NCBI RefSeq assembly: GCF_009914755.1
Contig: NC_060931.1
Length of the DNA: 64,000 bases
From: the human T2T-CHM13v2.0 reference genome, Homo sapiens
Reading direction: 5' to 3' (one strand)
The position numbers and the translations under genes are program-made. Within the stretch, counting starts at the first letter, position 1. Every line of letters starts with the position of its first letter. The notes below the pieces were generated by a model. It saw nothing but the letters and a program-made list of their open reading frames with translations. It did no database searches and was not told the DNA's origin. This document shows, in pieces, positions 1-15,619 of the stretch.

Positions 1-291
<291 letters not shown>

Positions 292-974
292 TGATTTTTT
301 GATTCAGATAATGAAAGAGCTATGATATAGTTGCATAAGTAGAAAAAATATTGGACTGCGGGTAGTTAGTACAACTCTTTCCTTTTGCTTTGAGATTAAA
401 GATTAAGTGATTTTTCAACAGCACATCAATAATAAGATTCTAGATCCTTGTGCTCTATCTTTTAGGTTTCTGAAGACATATAATAGATTTTTTATAAGAA
501 ATCAAATTTAAGTAAATAGAGACATGTTTGCCCAAATGATTTTTGCTTAGTAACATGAGTTTTATATCCAATATACTCTTGCCAGACTGAAGGCATTAAA
601 ATAAAATGAATGGGATAAAGATAATTTTTTCTTTTAAAAGTAGGTTTCCATTTTAAATTTATTTCTAAGAAAGGCTTTTAGGAAGAAGTTGTTGGCAGTT
701 GCCTCTTTTCTTCTTCAGTTTGAGAAATGAGAACATGGATACAAACTTTTTTATTTGAGTTAGAAGAAAGATGGAAAGATGAATATGACTTAATCCCCAT
801 TCTCAGTAATTTTATAGTCCAATGGGAAAGAAACCAAAAAATAGACACAAACAAACACTTCAGATATTGAAAAGCTAAATCAGAACAGAGAAAGAGACAA
901 TTTTGGGGCAAAATTCCCAACTGAAAATTATATCCCTCTCATTGACAAAAAATATAAATAAAATCATATCCTCA

Positions 975-1312
<338 letters not shown>

Positions 1313-1430
1313 TTATCTCAAATTCATGCATTCCTTTTCAACAAGAGTAATATTGTATTTCCTATAACTTTTCTCTCTTCCAGTGCACATTTCTCCTTAT
1401 TGATAGTTAAACCTCCATTTGTAGGTTTTT

Positions 1431-1530
1431 AAATTTTGTTTAATTTTTGGTCATGAAATAGTTTTATATCAACCAATTTTTATAGTTGAAATATGAAATA
1501 GTTTTCATGACCAAAAGTTAAACAAAATTT
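1431..1530. repeat. Inverted repeat with 28-bp arms (1 mismatch)
   Basis: aaattttgtttaatttttggtcatgaaa (1431-1458) pairs with tttcatgaccaaaagttaaacaaaattt (1503-1530). Confidence 0.9.
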
Positions 1531-2782
1531 TTAAAAAGTTTCATGGTCATGAAGTTTTTCTTTGGTTCTTGAAATAGTTCAATGTTATCTCTTGCTTGAG
1601 CCACTTAGTCTCTATTATCACAAATGTTATCCCTGTTATCCCCCCTTCCTCATAGGTTTAAAATAGCCGACCATCTGAAAGCTTTATCTTCTACTTGTGG
1701 AATCACTCTTCACGCTACCTCATTTATGAATGAATTCATGCAACTACTAGTCCTATGTTTAAATCATACTGAGAATGGTAGCTTGAGAATGGAGGAGTGT
1801 CTCTATCAATATCTATTGAGATGACTAAGTTTTACATGGGCAGTTATGTTGGCCAGTTTATAAAGTCGGTAAGTGTAACAATAGAGATTTTATCTAAAGA
1901 AGGTAATAGGAACAGAATTATCTTTGCCATGACATTCAAAGAAAATAGTTTTATTTTTATCTTCAGTATGTAGATGGAAAAGCATAACATTCACTAAATA
2001 TCACAGACAATAAAAACTCTAGGATACTAAGACAGCCCTAAGAAATTTTTTCCTCATTCATTTTCTAATCTTCTTTATTATGTATCAGAACTTTTATAAA
2101 CTGTGAGCCCCACCGGGACAGTGTCTCCTTGCATGGTTTCATTCATTTTCGTAGTTTCTTCTATCATCTGGTTTTTGCTAATTTGTAAGCACCTTGAAAG
2201 CAAGGGTTGTATCTTTTCTTCCTTTCCTAAAAACTTATTTCAATTTTATGGGTCTCACAGGAGTATCATAAAAGTTAACAAACTATAGAGGAGTATCTAA
2301 TAATAAGGCTCCAGTCTCTTCAATTTTAGTTGGTCTTCCTTTGGAAATGTACAGTTATTTTTCAGGCAAATGAGATTTTTTTATAATCTGATTTGTTATC
2401 TGTACTACAAATTCTAACTAATGCATTTCTGGTTTCTGAAAGAATGATGTATAGAATAAGAGTTGAGAATATGGAAGAATTTTGTCCTTAAAAAACATAC
2501 AGGCATAAAGGCAAATTTCTATTAAATTAATGGTATGTGTTACCATAGTAAAGCTAGAATTCAAATCAATCAAAGAACCATTGTGCTGCTGAAATTTCAA
2601 TTAAATTTTGTTAGGACCATAAAATGTGAGATGTCAAGCTAACCACGTACTTTGTAACTGGTATTTAGTCGTCTAAACAGATGGTGAATATGTTTTATTG
2701 AATACTTATGACTAATAAATATGTGAGAAAATTTTATTCACTCTTAAAGTAACCTATAACAATTTTCAGGGTATATTATAAC

Positions 2783-3134
2783 TGTATTAATCCGTTTTCA
2801 TGCTGCTGATAAAGACATACTCAAGACTGGGAAGAAAAAGGTTTAACTGGACTTACAGTTCCACATAGCTGGGAGGCCTCACAACCATGGTGACAGGCGA
2901 AAGGCCCTTCTTACATGGCAGTGGCAAGAGAAAATGAGGAAAATGCATAAGCAGAAACCCCTGATAAAACCATCATATCTCGTGAGACTTATTGACAACC
3001 ACCAGAACAGTAATGGGAAACCGCCCCCATGGATTCAAATTATCTCCCACTGGGTCCCTCCCACAACATGTGGGAATTATGGGAGTACAATTCAAGATGA
3101 GATTTGGGTGGGGACACAGAGCCAAACCATATCA
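2783..3134 (-). mobile_element. THE1 (THE1C-like) MaLR solo LTR
   Basis: TG...CA termini; ends gggacacagagccaaaccatatca; 5-bp TSD ataac/gtaac. Confidence 0.88.
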
Positions 3135-3199
3135 GTAACACATTTAAATTTACAGAATAAAGTTTTAGAAGTTTACTTGTTATGTGAAACAAAGTATAG

Positions 3200-3515
<316 letters not shown>

Positions 3516-3936
3516 ATAGATGAATTTTCAGATAAAGGTTTTGGTATCAATGAGTGGCCATTGTAAAATTCTGTAAGAGTATACTCTATTATTCTTATTT
3601 GGTGGCATAGAATATGAAAACACAATTTTTTCTCTTAATTATGATTACAGATTCCTAAATGTTAATACATTATGAACTCTACTTTCTTCTAAATTATGTA
3701 TCTGAGAAATGATAGAAAATATCTGAAAAAGCAAAGCCACCTTTTATTTTCCATGAGGCCATATACTCTGAGGCCATATATTCTGGGATAAGGAAAGCTG
3801 TAGTTTTTCATTACCCTGATCAGTTGAGCTGCCATGATTATTACAGTAGAAAATACAACATTTTCAATTTTAACAATATGGCAACACTTATGTGTATTAT
3901 AGTCTATTAGTGCTGTCTAAGAAGTAGTTCTGATTT

Positions 3937-4088
3937 GGCCGGGTGCAGTGGCTCACGCCTGTAATCCCAACACTTTGGGAGGCCGAGGCCGGCAGATCAT
4001 CAGGTCAGGAGCTCAAGACCAGCCTGACCAACATGGTGAAACCCCATCTCTACTAAAAATACAAAAAAAAAAAAAAAAAAAAAAAAAA
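3937..4088 (+). mobile_element. Alu left monomer only (AluS-type) with A26 tail
   Basis: Left arm ends at taaaaatac then 26 A; perfect 16-bp TSD gaagtagttctgattt at 3921-3936 and 4090-4105. Confidence 0.92.
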
Positions 4089-4298
4089 GGAAGTAGTTCT
4101 GATTTATCTGTATCAAATATAAAATATAAGAAATGTCTACAACAGTCATCTATTTATATTTAGTTTAATTAAAGACAAAAAAGTGGAAAAACAAGTAGTA
4201 TTTTTTCCTAAAATTTTGAAAACAGTTCTAAACAAAACAGGAATGTTCTCCTATTACAGAACACGATTTCAGTTTTAGAATGATTAATAAAACTTTCC

Positions 4299-4607
<309 letters not shown>

Positions 4608-4890
4608 CTAAGTTGCTCTAAAATTGAAAACAATATTTTCTTTTCTCTTAAGTGTGCAAAATTTCTGTATATCTAGAATCTAATGAAAAAGATAAAATAT
4701 AATATTTTGTTATGTACTTAATAAATCAAAGTACAAGATATGTTCATCAGTATTTTAATAGTTAAGCTGAAAGATGAATCTAAAAAGAAACAAGAGAAAA
4801 TATACATGTCGTTATTTAAATATAAAAATTAGACTTCATCCACAAATAGTATGTGTTAGAGTTTTCATCCTGTGCCAATAAAATATATAA

Positions 4891-5184
4891 TTTTTTTTTT
4901 TTTTGAGATGGAGTCTTGCTCTGTCACCCAGTCTGGAGAGCAGTGGTGCAATCTTGGCTCACTGCAACCTCCGCCCCCCAGGTTTAAGCAATTCTCTGTG
5001 TCAGCCTCCTGAGTAGCTGGGATTACAGGCATGTGCAACCACGCCTGGCTAATTTTTTGTATTTTTAGTAGAGACAGGGTTTCACCATCTTGGCCAGGCT
5101 GGTCTTGAACTCCTGACCTCCTGATCCCCCCGCCTTGGCCTCCCAAAGTGCTGGGATTACAGGCGTGAGCCACCATGCCCGGCC
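4891..5184 (-). mobile_element. AluS (Sg-like) SINE
   Basis: Full antisense Alu; TSD taaaatatataat. Confidence 0.94.
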
Positions 5185-6709
5185 TAAAATATATAATATT
5201 TTTGATAAAATTTTAAATCAAATTCATACTTAAAATATTTTTATATATTTTTTCAAATAGAGAAAGACTAACATGAGTGGGATAGTACAATCTCATATCT
5301 GAGCTTCTAAAATACAATTTTAAAACTTAGATTAATTTAAACAATGAATTTTAATTGATATTTTAGTGTCAAGGATACAGAAATATTCTCTGTTATACAA
5401 TATCCATTCAAAACCTCTCCTCTAAAAATATCATTGTAGTATGAACAATCTTTAATCCATCCTATCTCCCATTCTCACATTCTCTTTTCTTTTGTCTTTT
5501 ATGAAAAACAATTATTTTAATTTTGAATATTGGATGATCATCACTGCTTTATGCTTAAAACTTGTCATATTGTTTCCTAATAAAATTACATAATAACTTT
5601 ATATTCATATTGGGAAACTTGATAGATTATTTTGCAGAGCTTTGTGGCATAGAGAATAGCTTTAGGTATTTAGAGGATTTTTTTAGTAGTATCAGAAATT
5701 TAGAAATTTAAGAAATTTCTACTTTAATACGTTTAGAAAATTTTTAAAGAAATGTTTCCAGATATAAAAATTTATTTTACATACAATTTAAATCAAGAAT
5801 ATATTTTAATAGAGTAAAATTTTCCTTAACATGGTATTTAATTTTGGAAGCACTTAAGCCAGTAGCACAATAAGTAATGTTATAAACTAATGAAAAATAT
5901 TATTTATATAAATTCATGAGAATTTGATAAACACAAACTGAGTACACTAAATGTCAGAATATTTACTGATATTTATGTAATGAATAATTGTGTTTGGACC
6001 TTACTTTTTAATAATCATCCACTTTGCAGACTTTATGAATTATTATTTAGGCATTTTTATTTTATCGTTTCTTGGACAAACTGATACAATGGTCATTTCA
6101 CAATATAGTCCATCTTCTGTTGAAAGATAAATAGAAAAGAGGAGATAGGAAATAAAGCATGAGTAATAATGGTTAAAATTAATTTTTGAGACACGTGGAT
6201 AATCGCCTATTATCTCTAATGACTATATTCTTATTTTATTCAGAAACACCACACAAAATTTCTATAAACTTTATGCCGGCTTGGATAATTTTTTTTTATT
6301 CTTTATTTCACTCAACCAATGGTAAAGCATTTTTGGAAAACTCTGTCAAGTATATTTGGTATTATTTTATCTTAAGAGTAGAATTACTTAAGAAAAGACA
6401 GTGTAAAGTGATTGCATCACCAAAGAAGAAAAATATGTGTTCCTGATGTCCATTTGAATGTACTTAACACGCAAGTTTGTGATAGTATGTCTTTGAGAAT
6501 AAAAGAAGAAATACATACTTTCCTTCAGTATACTTATCCAAAACTGTTTGACCACAGATTTTCTAGATCAGACTGGGGACTCTACGGCCACTCTTTCCTA
6601 AATCTCTTGCAGAAATCCCAATGAATTCCTACCTGAGATGTTATTGCTGAAAGAATTCCTCTAATATATTATTTGTTTGTTAAGTGAGTGTTTGATCTAC
6701 TATGTGGAA

Positions 6710-6915
6710 CATTTTGGGCTTTGGAATCTTATAATCTATGTTTGTTTTCCATTTTGGGCATATACTGGTTGTGAAGTTTTAGGCAAGTTATAAACTGATT
6801 TAGGAACTCAAATCCTCATCTCTCAGTGAAAATAATTATGCTTATGTTGAAGGTATTTGTATTGATAAACCGTGGAAGCAAATGTGAAATGCTTAGCAGA
6901 TTGGCTGGTATATTA
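6710..6915 (+). mobile_element. MIR relic
   Basis: Degenerate MIR core (ggcaagtta...cctcatct...gtgaaatgcttagca). Confidence 0.5.
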
Positions 6916-7025
6916 ATACATACTGCACAGGGATAGCTACTGCTACTTATTATTGATTTATTTCTCAAATCAGAAGCTCTTAAATGCTGAGGTATCAACA
7001 CATGTTTGCATTGTTAAATTACAAA

Positions 7026-7332
7026 TTATTTATTTATTTATTTATTTTTTTGAGACAGTGTCTTGCCCTGTCGCCCAGGCTGGAGTGCAGTGGCGCGATC
7101 TCGGCTCACTGCAAGCTTCGCCTCCTGGGTTCATGCCATTCTCTTGCTTCAGCCTCCCGAGTAGCTAGGACTACTGGCGTCCGCCACCACGCTCGGCTAA
7201 TTTTTTGTATTTTTAGTAGAGACGAGGTTTCACCGTGTTAGCCAGGATGGTCTCGATCTCCTGACCTCGTGATCTGCCCGCCTTGGCCTCTCAAAGTGCT
7301 GGGATTACAGGCGTGAGCCACTGTGCCCAGCC
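7026..7332 (-). mobile_element. AluY SINE
   Basis: (TTTA)n tail; ctgcaagct; gtgttagccaggatggtctcgatc. Confidence 0.95.
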
Positions 7333-7602
7333 TAAATTACTAAATTTTAATGTAGATTATAACTGTTGACATACTCAAAATCAAAATTCAGAAAATTTTA
7401 TATTTATTAATTCATTTAAAATAACAATAATAAAATGACTATTAACATAAATAACAGTTACAAAAAAACACTTGTATTTCCCAGACGGTTTTTAAAAGGC
7501 AGTCGGTGGTGCTATGTTTTATTTGTTGAAGTCTATGAAGAAAATCTGACCTCACATAGATACATAAATGGAAATGGATGAGCTATTTTAGTAACATTTT
7601 AG

Positions 7603-8279
<677 letters not shown>

Positions 8280-8639
8280 AAAAGTTAGTTTCTTAAAGGT
8301 TAGTTGCTGTCTAGCTAAGGTTTAGTCGCAAGGCACTGAAGAAACTAAACTGAAGCAGTGTCAGTAAACATTTCATATTGTTACATTAATATTCACTTGT
8401 CTATCTTACAATTTTACTGGAATGTATTGGAAAACCTTGACTTACTGAGATTTGCAAATCATCCAAATGTTGATATATTTTATTATTGCATTAATTTGCT
8501 AAGCCTGCCCTAACAAAGAACCACAGGGGTGACTTAACAGTGTCTAATTTTCTCATAGCTCAAGGGGCCAGACATTTGAGATTTCGATCTGAGCACAATT
8601 AGTTTCCTCTGGGCCCTCTCTCCTTGGGTTTTTAAAAAT

Positions 8640-9076
<437 letters not shown>

Positions 9077-10273
9077 TACTTCTCCTTGGTTTTTAAATGA
9101 AATGTCAGTCTTCTCCCTGTGGCTTTACGTAGTCTTTCTTCTGTGTATGGCTGTGTCCTAGTCTTTCCTTACAAAAACAATCAAGCCTGTTGGCTAAGAG
9201 CTTCCCAAGTGACCTTATTAACCGTAATTACCTTTGTAAATACTCTATGTCCAAATAGTCACACATTGTACTGGGGTTTAGGACATCAAACTATAAATAT
9301 TGGAAGGACACAATTCAGATCATAACAATTATTCAGTATTAAATATCACATTTGTTAATACTGCCAGCAACTTTATCAAAAAATCTATACATAATGGATA
9401 ACCATGGTGGAAGACATAGGTTTTCAAAATTATAAATTTCTTTTGCTAGCTTGAATTTTACAATTAACAACAAAGAGTGTCAGTTGTTTTCTTTGAAGAG
9501 GTAAGCTCACCTTGATCATTTTCCAAAAATAAAAAAAAATGTTTACCAGACACTCAAGAATGATTATCACAGTTTGTCAGTTTTTCCTTTAATAAGAAAT
9601 GGTATTCATAAAATTTAGTTTTTAACTGAAACAATCATGTAGTACTTTTTCATTGCAACAATCGTATTTTGGTGTGAAGCAGAGGTGTTTTATGTGAACT
9701 TTCCACTTTTTCACACAGTGTGTAAAAAAGATGTACTATAATGTTGAGATTTAATAAAATTAACCATTTTACAACTCCGTCTAAGACATGTCTATGAGAA
9801 ATAAGCATTTATTTAATTCCAAGTGCATGACCATGAAGAATACAATGACTGCTAGTACAGTTTGGTGTTACTGCCTTGCTTCATGCTAAGGCACCAGCAG
9901 TTTTATTCACCATAGCTTTTGCCCCATTGATGCAAATGTCAGAACAGTAGTAATAATAATAATAATAATGTCTTTCTGTTATTATGGAAATAATCTTAAC
10001 ATTGTTGATTTCCTACAAGTGTCTTGGGTATGTGAAGTCCACACATTGAGAATCACTGCCTCAAACACATATTATGATTAAGATGTATTCTGTATCATAC
10101 ATAACTTAAGTGAGTCTTTATAAAAGTAATATCTGTATGAGGATTTGTAGGGTGGGCAGTATAGTGTGCATTAAAGAAATCCTTTGCATGATAAACCCAA
10201 TTCTCTTCCTTTCTTTTTGCTTTGGCTATTCTGCTTAGAAAACTGAATTTCAGTTTTCTTATGTTTAAATAAT

Positions 10274-10414
10274 TATATACGTGTGTGTGTATATATACAT
10301 ATATGTATGTGTGTGTATATATGTATATATGTGTATAAATAGGTACATATATATGTTTATATATGTGTACACACATTATACATATATATATACGCACACA
10401 TATATATATATACA
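10274..10414. repeat. Imperfect (TA)/(TG)/(CA) compound microsatellite
   Basis: Seen directly in sequence. Confidence 0.9.
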
Positions 10415-11655
10415 CTTTCATTGGGAGAATTAAAATTAGCCTATGTGAAGTGTTTATGTATAAATAGCTTTTAAAATATTAGTACAAAATTACCTTAATT
10501 ATAAAAGATGAAAAGTAATTTAAAATAAGACTTTCTTCTTCATGGGGGGAAACGCCATTTAACATATAAGAGTATATCAAGTTTTATAACTTTAAGGAAA
10601 ACCTATAGAAATAGTGTATTCAGAATATATATCTCAACTGTCTATTTTTAATATTAATATAACACTTGAGTTATTTTCTTCTATCATAGCCCTTAGTTAC
10701 AAAGTCTCCAAGTATATTAAATTCTATGTATCTAAGACCACACTTCAAATTATGCTTGTTTATTGTACCTAACTTGAAAGATGGATACACCTTTAAGTTA
10801 GGCATTATTAAGAAAAATTTGTTCAAACTTATTTAAAAACCACAGGGAATTCTTGACCTCCTGAAATGTAGGAACCAGTGGTTTAGGGTATTGATTATTT
10901 TAGTATAAGAAAAGGAGAATAAATGTTTTTCAGTAGCATAGTACATCAAAGTTAAATTCAGTCAAATAAAATAGCCTCTAGGTATTTCCATCCTGAAAGA
11001 ATTATTGAAGGCTTTGATCTCAAACATGTTCAACTCTGGATCAAATTTTAACCTTCATCAGTCTTTGCTAGTCAAAAACTTACTTTTCTTCTCCCTCTCT
11101 CTTTTTCTTTTCTTTTTAAATTTTCAGGGATATGCATGGCCTTTACTCAGTGTCAATCTAAAGGTATTAGAGAGCTCTGATAAATGAACATGTAGAAATC
11201 TGTTTAAGCCTTACTGTGATCTTAAGAAGCAATGCAGCATAAAATGTTTAAGTCTATCTTTATGTTTCAATTATATATATAATATATGTATTTTTTCTGG
11301 CTATAACTTTTTTTTCTAGTCAGAATAGGCTATTTTCTCCCTATAGCTATTGAAAAAACAAACAAACAAGCAAACAAAAGAGAGTCAAATGAAACCTAGA
11401 TTCTTCCCCAATCCATTTAATATTCTTTATTCCTTATTTACTTCAGACTGTGCATGGCAAGAGTGGGTGGGTGAGAGTGGGGATTAAGTTTGACAACCAG
11501 AATATCACTCTCATCATAAAAACCCTAGACTGGAATTGGTACCACAGTGAGCCTTGTGTCCTGAGGGAAATTCTGGACATTAGTAACCTTTAGCTGTCAA
11601 CAATCGCTTGGGTACTGTTTATTTTCTATTTTGTCATAAAAAAGACATTACTCAC

Positions 11656-11834
11656 CATGTCGGAATAAAAATTTGTCCTTTTTTTTTCTCATTGACTAGC
11701 TTGATGGGGCTGAATCATTTGCAATTTAATTTGCCAAAACTGTTTTTCAGCTGCCTTTTCCTTTTGCGCAGAAGCAAATTTGCAGTGCTCCATATCTACT
11801 TCCCTTTCTTCTTCAGCTGGTGCTGATGTATTTG
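11656..11834 (-). other. Candidate 179-nt exon of an unidentified minus-strand transcript
   Basis: Acceptor tctccttttctcatcttttcag| and donor CCGACATG|gtgagt; apparently unique sequence; no transcript data available. Confidence 0.45.
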
Positions 11835-13032
11835 CTGAAAAGATGAGAAAAGGAGACATGATTAAACTGACAACTTGAAAATGTACCATTTCCCTTTCTA
11901 TGTAATTATTCCTAAAGAAAAGCCACATGTTATCAGTTTGAGATAGGAAACTCAAATACACAAAAGGTGGAGTGGTAATTAACCAAACAGCATAACATAG
12001 ATTTATATTTTTATTAGAGGAAAATATAAATTAGAGAATAAACCAATAAAGACCTATACTTGTTTTAAAGTAAAACTACTGGTGTGTTTTTAATATGTGG
12101 GCATTGCTTTTTTTTTTCCTCAATGATACTTCTATCTTTAACTCTTGTAACCTTCTGGATTAACAGTAAAAATGAAACTATAATTTGCTTCCACAAATAG
12201 TAATCAGATGAGTGGTTGCAAAATTTTTGGTGCTATCATCACAAAATATACCAAAAACTATGTAGGAGAAAAATAAATCTGTTCAGGGGTGAGTTTTTAT
12301 GCAATGTGGAAAGTGCGAGATGTTTAAAAAGATTGAGAAATATCTTAATTTTTTATGGAAACTGGAGTGGTAATTTTTTAATTAAAATATTTATTTATAC
12401 TTTATACTTCTAAATATTCACAAAATGACCTTATTATATCACTGGATATACCAAAAGACTTTCCAATAATATGTATTTATTACAATAAAAATATAGTATA
12501 TGAAGGAAATATTTTAAAAGTTGAGGACAGATATGGTGCCATCTTTCTGTAAAAGATTAGCATTTTTTATGCAGGATAATAATTATTATAGTGTCTTACC
12601 TTATCAATCAGTTTTGATGCAAATTTTAAATAATGAAAAACACAAACACTCAAAAACACCTCTTTTTTATTCAGAGACTTAATGTTAATATAATGTAATA
12701 TCATTATAAATTATAAGCAAGATGATGGATCCAAGTACTATGGAGTTAATAAATTTTGTTTTCTATTTAAAACTTCAAACAAAATTGTGTGTATAATGTG
12801 ATGGAAAATGAAAGAATGTCGCTTCTAAACTGTTAAACTGTTATGAGTATCAATTGTATGTAAAGATTCTTCACAGTATTTGATGCCATGTATTTGTTTT
12901 TAATTTTAGGTGATTTTTCTAATTTTTCCAGTTGGTGAAAGAAAAATAAAATCAGAGAATGCAATGACTAATTCTCCATAGTAAACTGTCTAAGGTTTAA
13001 GCTAACTTCCCTGTGTTGCATACATTTACATA

Positions 13033-13197
13033 TTTATTTAATTTTTTAATTTGACAGATAAAATTGTATGCATTTATTGTATGCAACATGATGTTTTGAA
13101 GTAACTACACATTGTGAAATGTCTAAATCTAGCTAATTAACGTATGCATTATCTCACATAGTTATTATCATTTTTGTAGTGAGAACACTTAACATGT
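13033..13197 (-). mobile_element. L1MA 3' end fragment
   Basis: ttgacagataaaattgta...atgatgttttgaag...tctagctaattaac...gtgagaacactta. Confidence 0.8.
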
Positions 13198-13580
13198 ATT
13201 ATTAGGATCCTTCTGGGGCTTTTTTAAACTTCCTTTTAAGATGTCACTTGAAGGTAGATTAGATACATCACTTGTTTTATATCTATGCATTTATGTGTTT
13301 ATATATAAAAGTTTAGTTTCCATAAAATAATTTTTGGATACTTTTCACATGAATACAATGTAATTTAATATCATTTTTTGTACTTTTCAAAAATTCTACT
13401 CACTTACTAAATGATAAGCTTTTCAGAAGTATTTTGTGAAGTGGTAAGAAGTCAGCAGCAATGTATATAATTTGCAAAATTTGTGATATAAATGATATTG
13501 ATAATCGTGAGAGATTTTTTGTCAAATTTCTAATATATAAAAATATCTACCATTGATTTAATTTTACATTTTGTAGTAAC

Positions 13581-13883
13581 TTTCTTTTTTTTTTTTTTTT
13601 TTTGAGATGGAGTGTCACTCTGTCGCCCACGCTGGAGTGCAGCGGCATGATCTCGGCTAACTACAACCCCTGCTGCCTGGGTTAAAGCAATTCTCCTGCC
13701 TCAGCCTCCTGAGTAGCTGGGATTATAAGCACGCACTACCATGCTCAGCTAATGTTTGTATTTTTAGTAGAGACGGGGTGCCACCATCTTGGCCAGACTG
13801 GTCTTGAACTCCTGACCTCGTGATCCACCAGCCTCGGCCTCCCAAAGTGCTAGGATTACAGGTGTGAGCCATCGTGCCCAGTC
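13581..13883 (-). mobile_element. AluS (Sg/Sx3-like) SINE
   Basis: Poly-T followed by full antisense Alu. Confidence 0.94.
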
Positions 13884-15608
13884 TGTAGCTACCTTCTTTA
13901 TATAAATATAGCCTCTTTTTCATTCCTATATATATATATTTAAAGTTCTAAGAAAAGTATATTTTAATTTAAATTAGAATGGCTTTTTGGAAAACTTGAT
14001 GTTAAAAAATTCTAAACTCTTCTTATAAAATATGTTAAACCTCCTCCCTATTTGTCAAGTAAATGTATATGTGTTATAACATAATTTTTTAAGAGAAATG
14101 TTTTAACTCATTAAAATAATTCTGATAAAAATCAGGTAATTAGCCTTAGTAACAGATTCAGAGATTTAATGTTAATACAGAGTATTATATTTCTGTCTAT
14201 TCTTTTTTACTTGGTTTCATTTGTAGCTATGGGGACAAACTTGGGAAGAGCAATATGCAGATAATTATTAATGATCTCTATCAATCAATATGTAGAAATA
14301 AAGGAGACGTGGAATGGTTGATAGGAACAAAAGTAGAAATTACAATGTACAAATGGTAAACCAAATAAAACTTTGTGGTGGTTTCCATTTATTTTTACAC
14401 ACAGGTCTTGTCTGTGATTTAAAGTCATTATTAAGACTTTTTAGAATTTACTATGCATATTTTAAATTCCTAGTTACCTCACTGTTTCATTGTGATTTGG
14501 TTTTCAAATATTATATAGAACGTACAAAAACAACATGCATAATATATAGACTTGTTTCATCTAAGTTTCTTTAAGATAAGCAAAGAATTCTCAAATAAAC
14601 ATTTTTGTTTGACTTGCCTTATTCATTCTTTAATTCATTCATCAAATCTATAGCAAATATTTATTGAATAAACTACGTAGGAGTCAAGTTCTAAAAGAAT
14701 TTCAATCAGAATTTGCTTTTTGTTTTCTTAGATAGATTTTTTTTACTTTGGTCACTAATTTTTGGCTGCGTAAACTCTCAAGTTAACTCATGTTAAACAT
14801 GATGATCATGGAGCTTGTCGAGAAGGTATTATCACATTTATATTTAGAGATATGATTTGATTTTCTTCTGTTTGCTATTTTAGTGACTTTGAAAACTGAG
14901 AATGGTGCTAATCCAGTCTATTTAAACTTTAGTTGTTTGATCTCTTTCCCTTCTTAGACATTATTTTAAATCCTGTACTATAATCTCAATATTATTAGCC
15001 TGGATGTATTTATCATAACAAAAATATATTATAATTTTGTTTTACACTTTCTTTCCTAAACATAGATTTTTGTTTCCAGCCCTCTGTATAGAAGTCTAAG
15101 AGTGGATAATAAAAGTGAAACCCATGTACTGAGAGATTATATTTTATTATTAATATTTGTGAACTTTATTATTTCGAGCAGTTCAACAATCTAAGATGTC
15201 ACTCATATTCTTTGTGATTTTGATTTGTAGTGTCATATCAGATTTAAAAAATAATTTTGCTTTTACTTTAAAGTCTAATTTTCTAATAACTTCTGGGTAT
15301 GAAATGGTGAGGAACGAATACTGGAAGTTGCAACAGGCCTTACCTGTTAGAAAGCAGGTTAGATGCAATAAAATACTCTTATTAGCAAATGTAGAAGCAA
15401 GTTTAGTTGAGGATGCAATCAATGTTATAGAAGTAGAGCCAAGAGTATTCTTTAGTTTCTTCCTCATTCTTTCTTTTGATCATTTCCCAAGTAATTATAT
15501 GAAAAATATTTTGACACCTACTACCTCTTGGAATTAGTGGTATTCTTTTAACCTTACCATAAAAATATGTTCCACATAATCTGTTTTCTAATGACTTCTT
15601 TTGTCGGG

Positions 15609-15619
15609 GGGGCGTGGTC
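15609..15619. promoter_or_regulatory. Sp/KLF GC-box motif
   Basis: ggggcgtggtc in very AT-rich surroundings; motif match only. Confidence 0.3.

Noticed and set aside
10095-10421. Tyr/Ile/His-rich ORF (similar ones at 48449-48798)
   Set aside because: Translation of dinucleotide microsatellites
11085-11170. Strong plus-strand acceptor (similar ones near 33520 and 34022)
   Set aside because: No convincing paired donor or frame; such tracts are common in T-rich DNA
15183-15537. 113-aa (+) and 94-aa (-) overlapping ORFs in unique DNA
   Set aside because: No recognisable protein features; length is within chance expectation for a 64-kb six-frame scan
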